Shown in pieces: positions 11,226-21,671 of a stretch of DNA of 64,000 bases; the first letter of the stretch is position 1, and each line of letters starts with the position of its first letter. The position numbers and the translations under genes were made by a program. Under the pieces are notes generated by a model. That model was not told the DNA's origin and did not search any database. It saw only the letters and a program-made list of their open reading frames with translations. This DNA comes from an uncultured Chthonomonadaceae bacterium. Lineage in GTDB: Bacteria; Armatimonadota; Chthonomonadetes; Chthonomonadales; Chthonomonadaceae. Location: assembly GCA_963817895.1 (NCBI GenBank), contig CAWFQB010000001.1, positions 640,001-704,000 on the forward strand, read 5' to 3'.

Positions 11226-14200
11226 ATGCCCCTGTCACGCCGCGCATTTGTGGCGCGCGCTGCCGCGCTTGGCGCGATCAGCGAAACTAATCTCCTGTCG
11301 GCTAATGCCGCTTCGGAAGCCGCGCCCGCTCCCCCCGGGAAGGAGGCGGTTCTTACCCTGCCGCCTGTGACGCTACGCGGGTACGGCGCGATTGCGGCGA
11401 CGTTCCGGGTTCTGGATGGAGGACGGGCTTCCCTCACGGCCATTACCTGCGAATCGGCGCAAAAGGCGCGGCTTATACAGGCGAAATACCTGTCCGATCT
11501 GGAACGGCTTCCCGGCCTGCGCCCTGAAAGCCGTGTCGCCAAAGGCGGCGGCGTTTCTCTTCATCATACCCCGTCGGGCGGGGTTGTGGCCTGCTACGCG
11601 CGGGGACGCGACGCGCGGATACTGGCCGCTGTGGATACGCGGGCGCTGGCGCGGCTATGCGATGCCGCGCTTCCTTCCGGCGCGGCGCGGGCGGACTTTC
11701 TGCCCCGCGTTCCCATCCCGATGTGGCTGGATCGCTGGGATCGCTACGGCCTGCTGTGCTACTTCGCCCCGAACGCGCTTCCGCCCGGCGTGTCCGATGA
11801 CGCGCAGACGTATGATTACGCGGACGCGCTGACCTTTGCGCGTACACACGGGCCGCTTGGCCTCGTCGTGTGGACCAATCCCCTGACGGACGATTACGCC
11901 GAGGGGATTACCAACGAGCAGGCGTGGGACTGGATGCAGGCCAATGCGCGGAAGCAGGGGATTCCCGTTCATATCAACACGCAGATAGAGCCGCCGCAAG
12001 TGTGGCTTGCCAACCGTTACCGGGAACAGACGATGCTCAAAGCCCCGCAGTTTTTGGGCGGCTATTACGGCGTAGCCCATGACTCTTCGGGGGTGGGCGC
12101 GATCTCGTGGCTGTCGCAGGAGGCCGAAGACGCGCTGCTTGGCGTGTTTCAGCATACGGTGAGGCGGTTCGCGAAAGCCCCCAATATCGTCGGCTGGCTG
12201 GAACCGCACGGCGAAACGTATGAAGTCGCCCCAAAAGTATTTTCTCGAATCGGGGCCGTATGCCGAAGCCGTGTGGCGCGCGTTCCTGCGCAATCGCTAT
12301 GGCACACTACAGGCTCTGTCCGTTCGCTGGCATCGCAAGGCCGACCATTACAAGGCATGGGAGGAGGTTCGTATCCCTGAAGTCGCCGACTTCGCCGGGT
12401 TCGGACCGGACGCGCTTGATTTGCGCGGAACCTGGCGCGTCAAGTATGCGCCCGCGCCCGACGGCCACGCTTATACGGAGGGGGAAGCCCGAAACCTGCC
12501 CTCGCCACCGCCAATCGCGCCCGTTCCCGCCGAGTGGTATAATCCCGGCTTCGACGACAGCGGTTGGGACGAACTGCTCGCGCCGGGGAATGACCGTATG
12601 CTGTATCTGAAACGCAGCCCGCTTGTGTACCGCCGAACCCTTGACATTCCCGCCGACTGGCTGGCGTCCTCGCCCCGCGTCACGCTTGTTGTCTGGGACT
12701 TGCTTCATCGGGAACATGATGTGACCGCTGTTACCATCAACGGACAGGCGGTAAAAGAGCAGTCTTACGGCGGCAATGAGCAGCACTGGAGTCAGTTCGA
12801 CGTGACGGACGCGCTGAAACCCGGCGCGAACCTGCTTGTGCTGCAAATGCCGCGCGCCCTGATCTGCTACCGCGCCTATCTCACAAAAGAGGTGGTACGC
12901 TTGTATCCGCATCTTGGCGCGTCCAAAAACGCGCAGTGGGCAGACTTTGTGGAGTGGAACATTCAATCGCGGGGTGCGCAGATACGGCGCGGGGCGGAGA
13001 TGATTCGGCAAATAGACCCGGACAGCTCCATCAATTTCATGGCGGCAACCGATTACGCCGATCCGGTCAAAAAAGCGTGTCAGGATTATGGCGGCAGGTT
13101 CCACGACACGGGCAGCATGGCGGGCTTTTGGACGGAAGAAAACACCCTTTTGATGAACGGCATCGGCCTGCCGGTCACTGCGGAAGCCGGGAACGGAGCG
13201 CCCAACGCGAAGGAATTCCAGTTGTTCTGGGGACGCTGGCTGACCGAAGGCGTGACGGGCATCCACTACTTTCAGAACTGGGGCGAGATTGCATGGAATC
13301 CCGACGTGCTGAAGGTGTTCGAGGCGAATCAGGCGATGTATGAAATGGTCGGCAAGTACCACGCGCCATTTGCCCGCGTCGCCGTCCTGTTCAGTTCGCA
13401 AAGCGCGTGGCTGACGGATTTCCCCTGGTTCGCGTCCCCGGAAGATCGCGGCGGCTACTACTCCCGCTTCAACGCGGCGGGACAACTGCTGAATTACTGC
13501 CCGCGCGACGGCATTGGGGCAAAGGACTTCGGAACGCCTGCGGTCAACAAGTACCGCGTGATTATTGACTCCAACTCCGCGTACATGGACGAGGAACTGA
13601 TTGAGGGCATTGAGAAGTTCGCGCGGCAGGGCGGCGTGTTTATCACATACGGGCAGACGGGACGCCATACGCCGATTACGCCGGATGCCTGGCCGATCTG
13701 CAAACTAACCGGGTATGAAGTGTCCAAACCGCAGAATTGGAATGAGGGGCGGGCGGTATCACTTGCGCCGAATCAGGCCGTATTTACCCCGTCGGATTTG
13801 CCGCCACAGACTCGCGCATCGGGATTTGCCCTGAAACCCGTTGCGCCCGACTGCCGGACGCTTGCCGTGTGGGAGGATGGCGCGGTCGCTATCGGGATGC
13901 GCCCCCTTGGCGCGGGCTGGATCGCGCAGATGGGAGCGGAGTTCCATGACGAGCGGTTTGTCGCCGTGACGGGCGCGCTGCTGCGTCATTTTGGCGTTAC
14001 GGATCGAGTTCCCGCAACCGTCGCGCCGCAACGGGGGCTTCACCTGCGCCATTTCATCGGCAACACGGGCCTGCACGACGTCTGGATTCTGTTCAACGAA
14101 TCCGATACCCCGCTCACAACCGACCTGACGTTCCTGACCGGCGTTCATCCCACAACTCTGACCGATGTGGTGAGCGGGCAGGCGATGGCGATTGTTCGCA

Positions 14201-15195
14201 ATTCGCAGGGCGATAAAGTAGCGGGCATCGAACTGGCGGCGTGGCAGTCGCGCCTGTTGGTTTCGCCCCGCGCCGACGTGACGGCTTCGCCGCTGGAATG
14301 GCTGCGATTGCAGCGAAACTGGTGGCAGGGAACCGCCGCGCCGCCCGCCAAACGCCTGCCCACGCCCGCCGAATTGCAGCGCTTTTCCCTCGACCTGACC
14401 GAAGGCTGGGCCTACAAGAGTATTGCGGGCTTGAACGATGAACAGGCGGCAAGTCTGGCGCAGACGGACGTGGAGGATGCGGCCTGGGCAAAGCGTCCGT
14501 TGGGGCTGTGGCTGGAACCGGGCGATAAGAGTGTAAAGCGTCACCTGCTGCGCCGTAAGTTTACCGTTCCCGCGCATTGGACAGCGGGGCAGATCGTGTT
14601 ATGCGCGGACATTCCGGGGGCGCAGTTTTCCTACGCGACGCGCCTGTTTGTGGACGGCAAAGCGTGGGCGGGCGGGCGAACAAGCGTGGACGGGCCGTAT
14701 TTCGACGCGCTCGACAACACGTTCACGCCGGGAAAAACGCATCTGCTGGCGCTGGACATACAGGGCAAATCGTCGCTGACGGGTTCGCGCGGCCCGGTCT
14801 GGCTGTACTATTTGCCGGACGCGAAGGAAAAGCAGGATTTAGCGGGAACCTGGACGGTCTATTCCGACCCGCTGCATAAATCGGGCGACGCGCAGGTTCC
14901 CGGCGACATAGCGGGCATGTTCCTGAGCCGAACTGTGACCATTGACGCGGCGCATAAAAACCGCAATGTGGTGGTCTATTATGAGGCGACGGGGGATCGG
15001 TTTTCCCTGATGATCAACGGCCAGTTGCTGAAGCGCAGCGAACAGATACGGGAGCATGTATGTGTCTTCAACGTGACGCCGCTGGTTCGGTTCGGGGAGG
15101 AAAACCGGATCGAACTGGTAAGCGGTTCCGGGGGCGGAACCAAAGCGATTCAGCGGGTCGAACTTCGCTTTTACGACAAAGGCGCGTATCCTTAG
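11226..15195 (+). CDS. Large Tat-exported glycoside hydrolase-like protein (GH42-like core with galactose-binding-type domains); one apparent frameshift near 12235
   Basis: Tat motif SRRAFV; FLRNRYGTLQALSVRW, ARVAVLFS, FARQGGVFI; DLRGTWR / DLTEGW / DLAGTW sugar-binding domain starts. Confidence 0.65.
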
Positions 15196-15207
15196 CGTCT
15201 TGTCCAA

Positions 15208-15256
15208 TGGCCCTCAACCCCCAACCCCTTCTCCCAAAAAAGCCTGGGAGAAGGGG
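15208..15256. repeat. CCCCTTCTCCC...GGGAGAAGGGG palindromic repeat, copy 1
   Basis: tggccctcaaccc...ccccttctccca-N-tgggagaagggg; relatives at 40514 and 52927. Confidence 0.75.
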
Positions 15257-15769
15257 AGTCGCTTCAGGGCTGTTGAGAACGAGTGGAAAAAGAAAAAGAG
15301 TATGTAGAGACAGCGTCGAAATAGTGGCAATGCAGCGCTTCCAGCCCAGTGTCTCGTTGTGTCAAGTTTTTATGTAGAGGCGTCGTGACCTCCGAATGGT
15401 TACGGCGAACGAGAAGTATGTACAGGCATCTTCTTGCGCCTCCCTTCCAGGTTAGATTGTTGAGAGTTCGTAGTTGATAGAAACTTCGACTTTCAACGGC
15501 CCGCCGCCTGGCTGGTTAGTAAACTCTATTTAGTAGACTTACGTTGCGTATAAAGACGAGGCAAACGCAGGTAAGGTTCGTTTTTTCTGCTGTTTAACAA
15601 GACTTTTTTCTACATTTTTTGCAAATTTTCCTGGCTTTGTCAATCAGAGAGGGAGAAGGCGCAACACAGTGGCGAATGACCCATGACGGGAGATAAATTG
15701 AGCATTTTATATGCGCTGGCGCTGACAGTTAAATAGCCGCCGCGTTCACAATGAACGCAACGGCTAAAC

Positions 15770-15798
15770 TTGACAATACATTCCCAATCTGGAATAAT
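15770..15798 (+). promoter_or_regulatory. Sigma70-type promoter with overlapping imperfect palindrome; probably leaderless mRNA
   Basis: TTGACA-17 nt-AATAAT; attcc-caatct-ggaat; ATG 5 nt after the -10. Confidence 0.65.
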
Positions 15799-15803
15799 AG
15801 GCA

Positions 15804-16208
15804 ATGGATGCACAACTGCCTGCATTGAAACCGATGTACTTTGTTGTGGAAGCCGCCCGTGACGATTTGCTGGACGTACCCTTGCCCGTCCGTAAAGAGT
15901 TCGGACACGCGCTGTATCTGGCGCAAACGGGCGCAGCACACCAGAACGCGAAACGGCTACAGGGCTTTGGTTCCGGCGTTCTGGAAGTGGTTGAAAACTA
16001 TGCTGGAGATACGTTTCGCGCCGTGTATACTGTGCGTTTTGCCGAAGCCGTGTACGTGCTGCATGTCTTCCAGAAGAAGAGTACGCGGAAGATTGAAACT
16101 CCACAGAAGGAACTGGATACCATTCAGGTTCGTTTACAGCGGGCGCAACAGCAGCACGAAGAGTATTTGCGCCGTCAGGAAGAGGAACAAAAGAAACATG
16201 GAAGGTAA
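15804..16208 (+). CDS. higB: RelE/HigB (Gp49-like) toxin
   Basis: AKRLQGFGSGVLEV, DTFRAVYTVRFAEAVYVLHVFQKKS; toxin-first gene order. Confidence 0.85.
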   Translation: MDAQLPALKPMYFVVEAARDDLLDVPLPVRKEFGHALYLAQTGAAHQNAKRLQGFGSGVLEVVENYAGDTFRAVYTVRFAEAVYVLHVFQKKSTRKIETPQKELDTIQVRLQRAQQQHEEYLRRQEEEQKKHGR

Positions 16209-16530
16209 CAACAATCCCATACTTGTCAGCGGCAACATCTTCGCTGACCTGAATATTCCCAACGCCGAAGAAGAACTGGAGAAGGCGCAGCTTGGCAGCG
16301 CTATTCGCAGCATCGTTGAGGCAAACGGCTGGACGCAGGAGGAAGCGGCGAAGCAGATGGGTACGTCACAGCCGAAAGTCTCGCAGATCATTGGCGGCAA
16401 ACTGGCGGGATTCACGGCGGATCGGCTGTTGAAATACGTTCGCGCGTTGGAATGTGACGTGGAAATCCGCATCACGCGCAAACCCGCTGACCGCGAACAC
16501 GGTTCCGTCACCGTCGTCTGCGCCGTGTAG
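16198..16530 (+). CDS. higA: XRE-family HTH antitoxin (HigA-like)
   Basis: SGNIFADLNIPNAEE, WTQEEAAKQMGTSQPKVSQI, FTADRLL; ATG overlaps the toxin end. Confidence 0.85.
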   Translation: MEGNNNPILVSGNIFADLNIPNAEEELEKAQLGSAIRSIVEANGWTQEEAAKQMGTSQPKVSQIIGGKLAGFTADRLLKYVRALECDVEIRITRKPADREHGSVTVVCAV

Positions 16531-16544
16531 CGGGTCGCTGTATC

Positions 16545-17072
16545 TCACGGATGGACGGATAGCCTGTCCTCATCCGCGCGATTGGGGTTCATACCCGTTA
16601 TAAACTCTTTCAATTCGGCGTCGCGTCGCGCCAGTTCGGTTTCATCGTCCGTCGCGTCTTCTGTTCACCACGAGTCAATCAACGCGATAGCCGCTTTTTG
16701 CTTCGCCGTCAGCGTGATCGGTTTTTGCTCCAGAAGATGTTCAAGGAAGGCATGCATGTCGTCAAAGTCGGCGATACGGGATTGGATGGCGCGGAGGGTT
16801 GGCGTATCAAGACCGGCTTCGAGTTTGGCAGTCCGCGCCTTTAGTTCGTTGATCTGCGCCTGCAACGCTGCTCTTTCCGCCAGCATTCCCTCCCATTGCT
16901 GCTGATGTTGCTGCCTCTCGCGTTCCGCGCCGCGACTCAATATTTGCTCTTCTTCGGCATCCAACTGCCGCAATCCCGCTTCATAAACGGCTCGTTCTTC
17001 CGCAGTCAAAGGTTCGCCTATTACCGCCCTGTAATGCAGCGGCCACCACCCTTTGTAAGTTGCTTCGTCCAT
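16545..17072 (-). pseudogene. Coiled-coil/antitoxin-like protein with an in-frame TGA at 16665-16667
   Basis: 135-aa ORF followed in frame by 39 further protein-like codons (TEDATDDETELARRDAELKEF...) to TGA at 16545. Confidence 0.5.
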
Positions 17073-17227
17073 GCAAGTTCCTTTCGTCTTCCTTCTATCT
17101 TGCTGCTACAAACGTTGGATACCACTACCAGTTGGCCTCCAAGAGCGGCAAAATACAAACTAATGTTGGTCTTCTGATGCTCGATACATGACTTTGCAGA
17201 TTTTTAAGCTTAAAAATACTCTAAAAC

Positions 17228-17256
17228 TTGACAATGTTTACATTTTGGTGTATCCT
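17228..17256 (+). promoter_or_regulatory. Sigma70-type promoter of the QueC-like cassette with AATGT-TT-ACATT palindrome
   Basis: TTGACA-17 nt-TATCCT; AAGGAG before ATG 17278. Confidence 0.6.
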
Positions 17257-17277
17257 AATATTTAGAAGGAGAGTAAT

Positions 17278-17889
17278 ATGCCGGACGGAGATCGTTTTCC
17301 ACATTTGAAACCCCGCTATAACACTGTGTACAAGCAGGTATGTCAGGGACAACTCGAACCACAGACAATCGCGCGAAACATTGTAACTGTTCTGCGCAAA
17401 GATATTCAGGATGCTCATGAGACGCCTATTCAGGCTATCAAATGTATCTCTGCGCAACATTCTTTGATTTTGCTGCGACTCCGCTCCGGCATAGCAGTAG
17501 ATTGGTGTGAAGCTATACAACAATTAGCTGATACTGCGCGAACTGTCACTTCTAAATCTATGCGAAGTCTTGTCGAGCGGGCCGGCAATGAAAATTTGGA
17601 TGAACTTCATAAGGGTGACAACTGCGGTGATATGCACACAAATCTTATTCTAAGGTTTCTTCTCCATTTGTATTCTGCTAACTTCGCAGATTGCCTGCCG
17701 ATGATTCCTCAGCATTTCGATAATGCTACTCCTGAAGCTATCAGCGCACAGTTAGAGACTATACAACCTTACGTAGAAGCGGAACTTGCCCGGTTTGCAG
17801 AGGAAATAAGTCGAAAAGGTTCTGACGCCAAACTGCATTTGTCGCGCCGAAATATGCAGCCGATCAATCTGGACGCAGTGGTTGCTTAA
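17278..17889 (+). CDS. Hypothetical helical protein (starts MPDGD), first gene of the QueC-like cassette
   Basis: 203-aa ORF with promoter and RBS; 17 nt gap to the QueC-like gene. Confidence 0.75.
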   Translation: MPDGDRFPHLKPRYNTVYKQVCQGQLEPQTIARNIVTVLRKDIQDAHETPIQAIKCISAQHSLILLRLRSGIAVDWCEAIQQLADTARTVTSKSMRSLVERAGNENLDELHKGDNCGDMHTNLILRFLLHLYSANFADCLPMIPQHFDNATPEAISAQLETIQPYVEAELARFAEEISRKGSDAKLHLSRRNMQPINLDAVVA

Positions 17890-18132
17890 GTGGTCGATCA
17901 CGATACATGGAGGCGGTATTGTTAAAACTAGATTATACATTTTCTTTTGCTGATACTCGTCAGTCACCCACTCCCATTCAGTTTATCAATCATCATACAG
18001 GCAAACAAATAGAAGCGACTGTTTTCATCAAATATCAGCGCCTTCTTGAGCAGTATGACTCCTTGCCGGATATTATAGTTGATTGTTTGGACCTCGCCGC
18101 CGCATTGTATTTTGCAGATAGCCGGGCACTAA

Positions 18133-19261
18133 TGGGCTAATCATTTAGACATTGTACAAACCTCATGGAAACTGTGCTGTTCCAGAAGCGAGCATGGAAA
18201 CGTTTGTGTCTTCAAGTAGGTCTCGAACTCTTCGGCTAAGACACTCAGCGTCGCACACTGATGATTGTGACCGACCGCTTCTCGCGCGGCTTTCCAGACA
18301 TGTTCCTGCGGGTTCAGCTCCGGGCAACCCGGCGGAAACCACATGATCTCTAAACGCGGGTTCGCTTCCAAAACCGCTTGGACCGCCGCGCCCTTGTGCC
18401 AAGGAGCACGATCCCACAGCAGAAGGAGGGGCAGGTTCGGGTAAGCGTCGAGCAATTTTTGCAGAAAGAGGGCCGAGACCTCGCTATTCATCAAAGCGGA
18501 ACGCAGCAACGTTTCCTTACCGGTTGCCAGGTTAAGCGCCCCGTAGAAGTGCGTGTTGTCGCGACTGGCGCTCACCCGCACCACCGGTGTCTGACCTTTC
18601 TTCGCCCACACGCGCATCAGAGTTGCCTGCAAGTACGCGCTGGCTTCGTCGCCGGTGAGTAAGATGGTCTTGGGCGCATTTAGCGCCACATCGAGGATTT
18701 TTTTTCCAGTTGCTCCTCGAATTCCATGAGTTTGAGAGCGTTGTGGCTCTTGTACTGCTTTTCCGTGCGTTGGTAGCTCATCTCGCACTTGGCAAGGAGG
18801 GTATGCAAGGAAGTGGAACTCTGATAAACTACCCCGTAGTCACGGGCTAAGAGCGTGGCAAGGTCGGGTACACTCCAAAACTGCCCGTCCCCGACACACT
18901 TGTCTTTGCTCAACAACTGCGTAGGTGTGTAGCGGTGCAACTGGTTCTGGAGGGCTTCGAGTTGCTCGCCCGATAGCCGCGCCCGGTTGCCGCCGCGCCG
19001 CGCGTCTGCCAGAGCGGTGAGGCCGTGTTCTTGATAGGCGCGTGTCCAGTTCATCAGGCTGGAGCGACTACATCCACAGATGTCTTGCACTTGGACGGTG
19101 GAGTAGCCCAGTCCATAGAGACGAACCGCTTGGTAGCGGGTTTTGGTGTTCGCATCGGTACAATGCAGGTAAGCCGCATTCAGGGCATTGGCAGCGGCTT
19201 CCTCTAAGTGGAAAGTGCGTTGTCTCATACCTCATTGTACAACATTTATCTGGTTTGTCCA
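18133..19261 (-). mobile_element. IS630-family insertion sequence, 1129 bp, flanked by TAA direct repeats
   Basis: Imperfect terminal IRs (tgggctaatca..gacattgtacaa / ttgtacaacatttatctggtttgtcca); TAA at 18130-18132 and 19262-19264. Confidence 0.92.
18141..19228 (-). CDS. IS630 transposase, OrfA (HTH) + OrfB (DDE) joined at an A8 slippery run
   Basis: OrfA 18680-19228; OrfB has GDEA, WDRAPWH, PPGCPELNPQEHVW; T8 on + strand at 18698-18705. Confidence 0.9.
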
Positions 19262-20454
19262 TAAGGCGTAGGGATGAAAAGTGTCGTATACAATTAAAAA
19301 TGCCCGTTCGCCAACACGAAATCTGGCGTAATTCACAGAACTTGGCGCAACTACAAAACATTCTTGACCATTACACAGGCGATGCATGGCATTTTGAGTT
19401 TGTGCAACGTAAAGCCTCGCCACCGACACAATGTAAGCAGCTTTATCTTCCTCTTCGCGCTGGTGATGCCGTTGAAGTGGCTTTATGGAGTGGAGGACTG
19501 GACGCCCTTGCAGGATTATGCAGTCGCTTGATTGCTCAACCGAAAATGCAGTTCATGCTTGTTGGAACGGGCGCAAACCCGTTCATTCAGTCCCGGCAAA
19601 AAGATATTGCGGACGAGTTTGAGAAAAAGTTTCCGGGTCGCGCAAGGCTGATGCAACTCCCTATACAACTCACAGGAACCAACAAACTGCGTGCAAACTC
19701 CTGTCAGCGTTCCAGAGGTTTCGTTTTTCTGTTGCTCGGCGCTGTATGCGCCTATATGGAGGGGCAACGCACATTACACGTTTATGAGAATGGCGTTGGA
19801 GCCATCAACTTACCTTATCGAGCGTCAGAACTAGGGTTAGACCACACCCGCTCTGTTCATCCTGTATCTTTAATCAAGATGAGCGACTTTGTTTCGCAAC
19901 TTTTAGACACAAGTTTCCAAATTGTAAATCCCTTTGAAGCCTGGACAAAGGGACAAATGTGCTCTTCTCTGGTGGCATTGGACACGGTTTATCTCATCAA
20001 GTGTACAATCTCATGCGATAGACGCCGACGTGAAGCAGTAATGCAATGCGGACGTTGCTCTTCCTGTCTGTTGCGTCGTCAGGCTCTGACGGCAGCGGGA
20101 ATCAAAGATGAAACTGATTACGCGGTCAATGCTTCTATGTCAAAAGAAAATTTGGAACGCCTGCTTGCAAATTCCCATCTTCCGTATATGCGGGAACAAG
20201 TAAAATGTATCCGCGCCTGGCTTGGCGCTCCTGATGTCTGGCCGAAGCTGCCCAAACATTTCCGCGACCTGTCTACAATCAGGAATGTTTTAGCGCAGAG
20301 GCGCAAAGTTGATGGGGTGACAATCCAAAATCAACTTTTACGGCTTTACCAGTGCTACATAGATGAATGGCTGATTTTTGAACAAACTATTGCTTAGATA
20401 TGCAGATGAAAGTTGTTCTTATCTCTTACTGCTGTCTCAGCCAAAGGAAACCGC

Positions 20455-21654
20455 ATGATGAATGCAAACATCCTGGATACTATCAATCCACGCGAACTCG
20501 GCAAGCAGTTGCAGGAAGCGCGTCGCAGAGCAGGGCTGACCCAGGACGACGCTGCAAAGGTCATTGACGTTTCACGCACGACAATCATTGCCATTGAAAA
20601 AGGGGAGCGTCGCGTCAAGGCAGGCGAATTAATCAAGTTGGCGCAGTCGTTCGGACGGTCGGCAGCGGATTTTGTCCGTTCGCGTCCGCAGGTTGAAGCG
20701 TTTCAGCCGCAGTTTCGCGGCCCCTACTTGCGCACTCTTGAAGATGATGCCGAGATTGCGCCTAAGATAGATGAGTTTGAAGACTTATGCAGGGATTATC
20801 TGGAACTGGAACAGATCACGAACTCGCCTCTTAGCCGCAAGTATCCCCCGGAATACAGCATTACGCACCTTCCGATTGAGGAAGTAGCCGAGGACGTTGC
20901 AAACGAAGAACGCTACCGATTAAGATTGGGGGATGGCCCTATTCAGAACCTGCGGGATGTGTTGGAGCAGGAGGTTGGGCTGCGCATCTTCTATCTGGCT
21001 TTACCATCCAAATTTTCTGCAATGTATGCCTACACCGAAGAAACCGGGGCTTGCATCGCGGTGAATAGCCAGCACCCTATAGAACGGCGGCGCATGTCAT
21101 TGACACACGACTACAGCCACTTTCTGGCAAGTCGCTTCAAGCCGGTTATTTTCATTGAAGATCGTTATCAACGCCTGCCGGCAAGCGAGCGGTTCGCCGG
21201 CGCGTTTGCGCCCGCTTTTCTCATGCCCGCTGAAGGATTGACAAGGCGCTTTAATGATGTTAAAAAGGCGCAGGGGAATGTCACACTGGCGGATTTGCTG
21301 CGGATGGCGCACTACTACGGAGTTTCGTTCGAGGCTTTTACAAATCGGCTGGAAGATTTGAAACTGTTGCCTGTCGGCAAAGGCAAGAGTTTGAAAGATG
21401 GCGGCTTGCAAGTGCGCAAAGCACAACAGCAGCTTGGCCTTGATGCTGTTCCTGCTCTGGAGGACCTCCTCCCATTGCGCTATCAGTACCTTGCCTGCGA
21501 AGCTTATAAGCAAGGGCTGATTTCAGAAGGCAGGCTCGCCAAATTCCTGAAAGTAGATCGCCTTGAAGCGCGGCGAATAACGGAAGCGCTTGAAGAGAGG
21601 CAGGATGCGCCGATTTCGGATGATATACTTTCGCCTGTAATGACTCATAAGTAA
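20455..21654 (+). CDS. XRE-HTH + ImmA/IrrE (DUF955) metallopeptidase-like protein
   Basis: GLTQDDAAKVIDVSRTTIIAIEKGER; RRRMSLTHDYSHF; ERFAGAFAPAFLMP; YYGVSFEA. Confidence 0.9.
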   Translation: MMNANILDTINPRELGKQLQEARRRAGLTQDDAAKVIDVSRTTIIAIEKGERRVKAGELIKLAQSFGRSAADFVRSRPQVEAFQPQFRGPYLRTLEDDAEIAPKIDEFEDLCRDYLELEQITNSPLSRKYPPEYSITHLPIEEVAEDVANEERYRLRLGDGPIQNLRDVLEQEVGLRIFYLALPSKFSAMYAYTEETGACIAVNSQHPIERRRMSLTHDYSHFLASRFKPVIFIEDRYQRLPASERFAGAFAPAFLMPAEGLTRRFNDVKKAQGNVTLADLLRMAHYYGVSFEAFTNRLEDLKLLPVGKGKSLKDGGLQVRKAQQQLGLDAVPALEDLLPLRYQYLACEAYKQGLISEGRLAKFLKVDRLEARRITEALEERQDAPISDDILSPVMTHK

Positions 21655-21671
21655 GCGTCAGGAGTAAACAG

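Larger units (their letters stand above)
17907..20397 (+). pseudogene. QueC-like (QatC/Cap9-type) PP-loop enzyme interrupted by an IS630-type element
   Basis: LWSGGLDA, QRSRGFVFL, YENGVGAINLP, TRSVHP, NPF..TKGQMC, ISC..CGRCSSC; deleting the IS plus one TAA restores one 452-aa frame (..DSRAL|RRRDEK..). Confidence 0.88.

Noticed and set aside
12307..13668. Long antisense ORFs (also 31077-32336, 35874-36887, 62928-63905)
   Set aside because: Shadow frames of well-supported genes in GC-rich DNA, with no recognisable motifs
19042..19263. N-terminal part of ORF 19042-20397
   Set aside because: Lies within the IS; the true N-terminus is 17907-18131
17907..20397. Housekeeping queC for queuosine synthesis, or a complete qatABCD/type IV CBASS
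   Set aside because: The protein is about twice canonical QueC length with QatC-type motifs, and the other genes of those pathways are not adjacent
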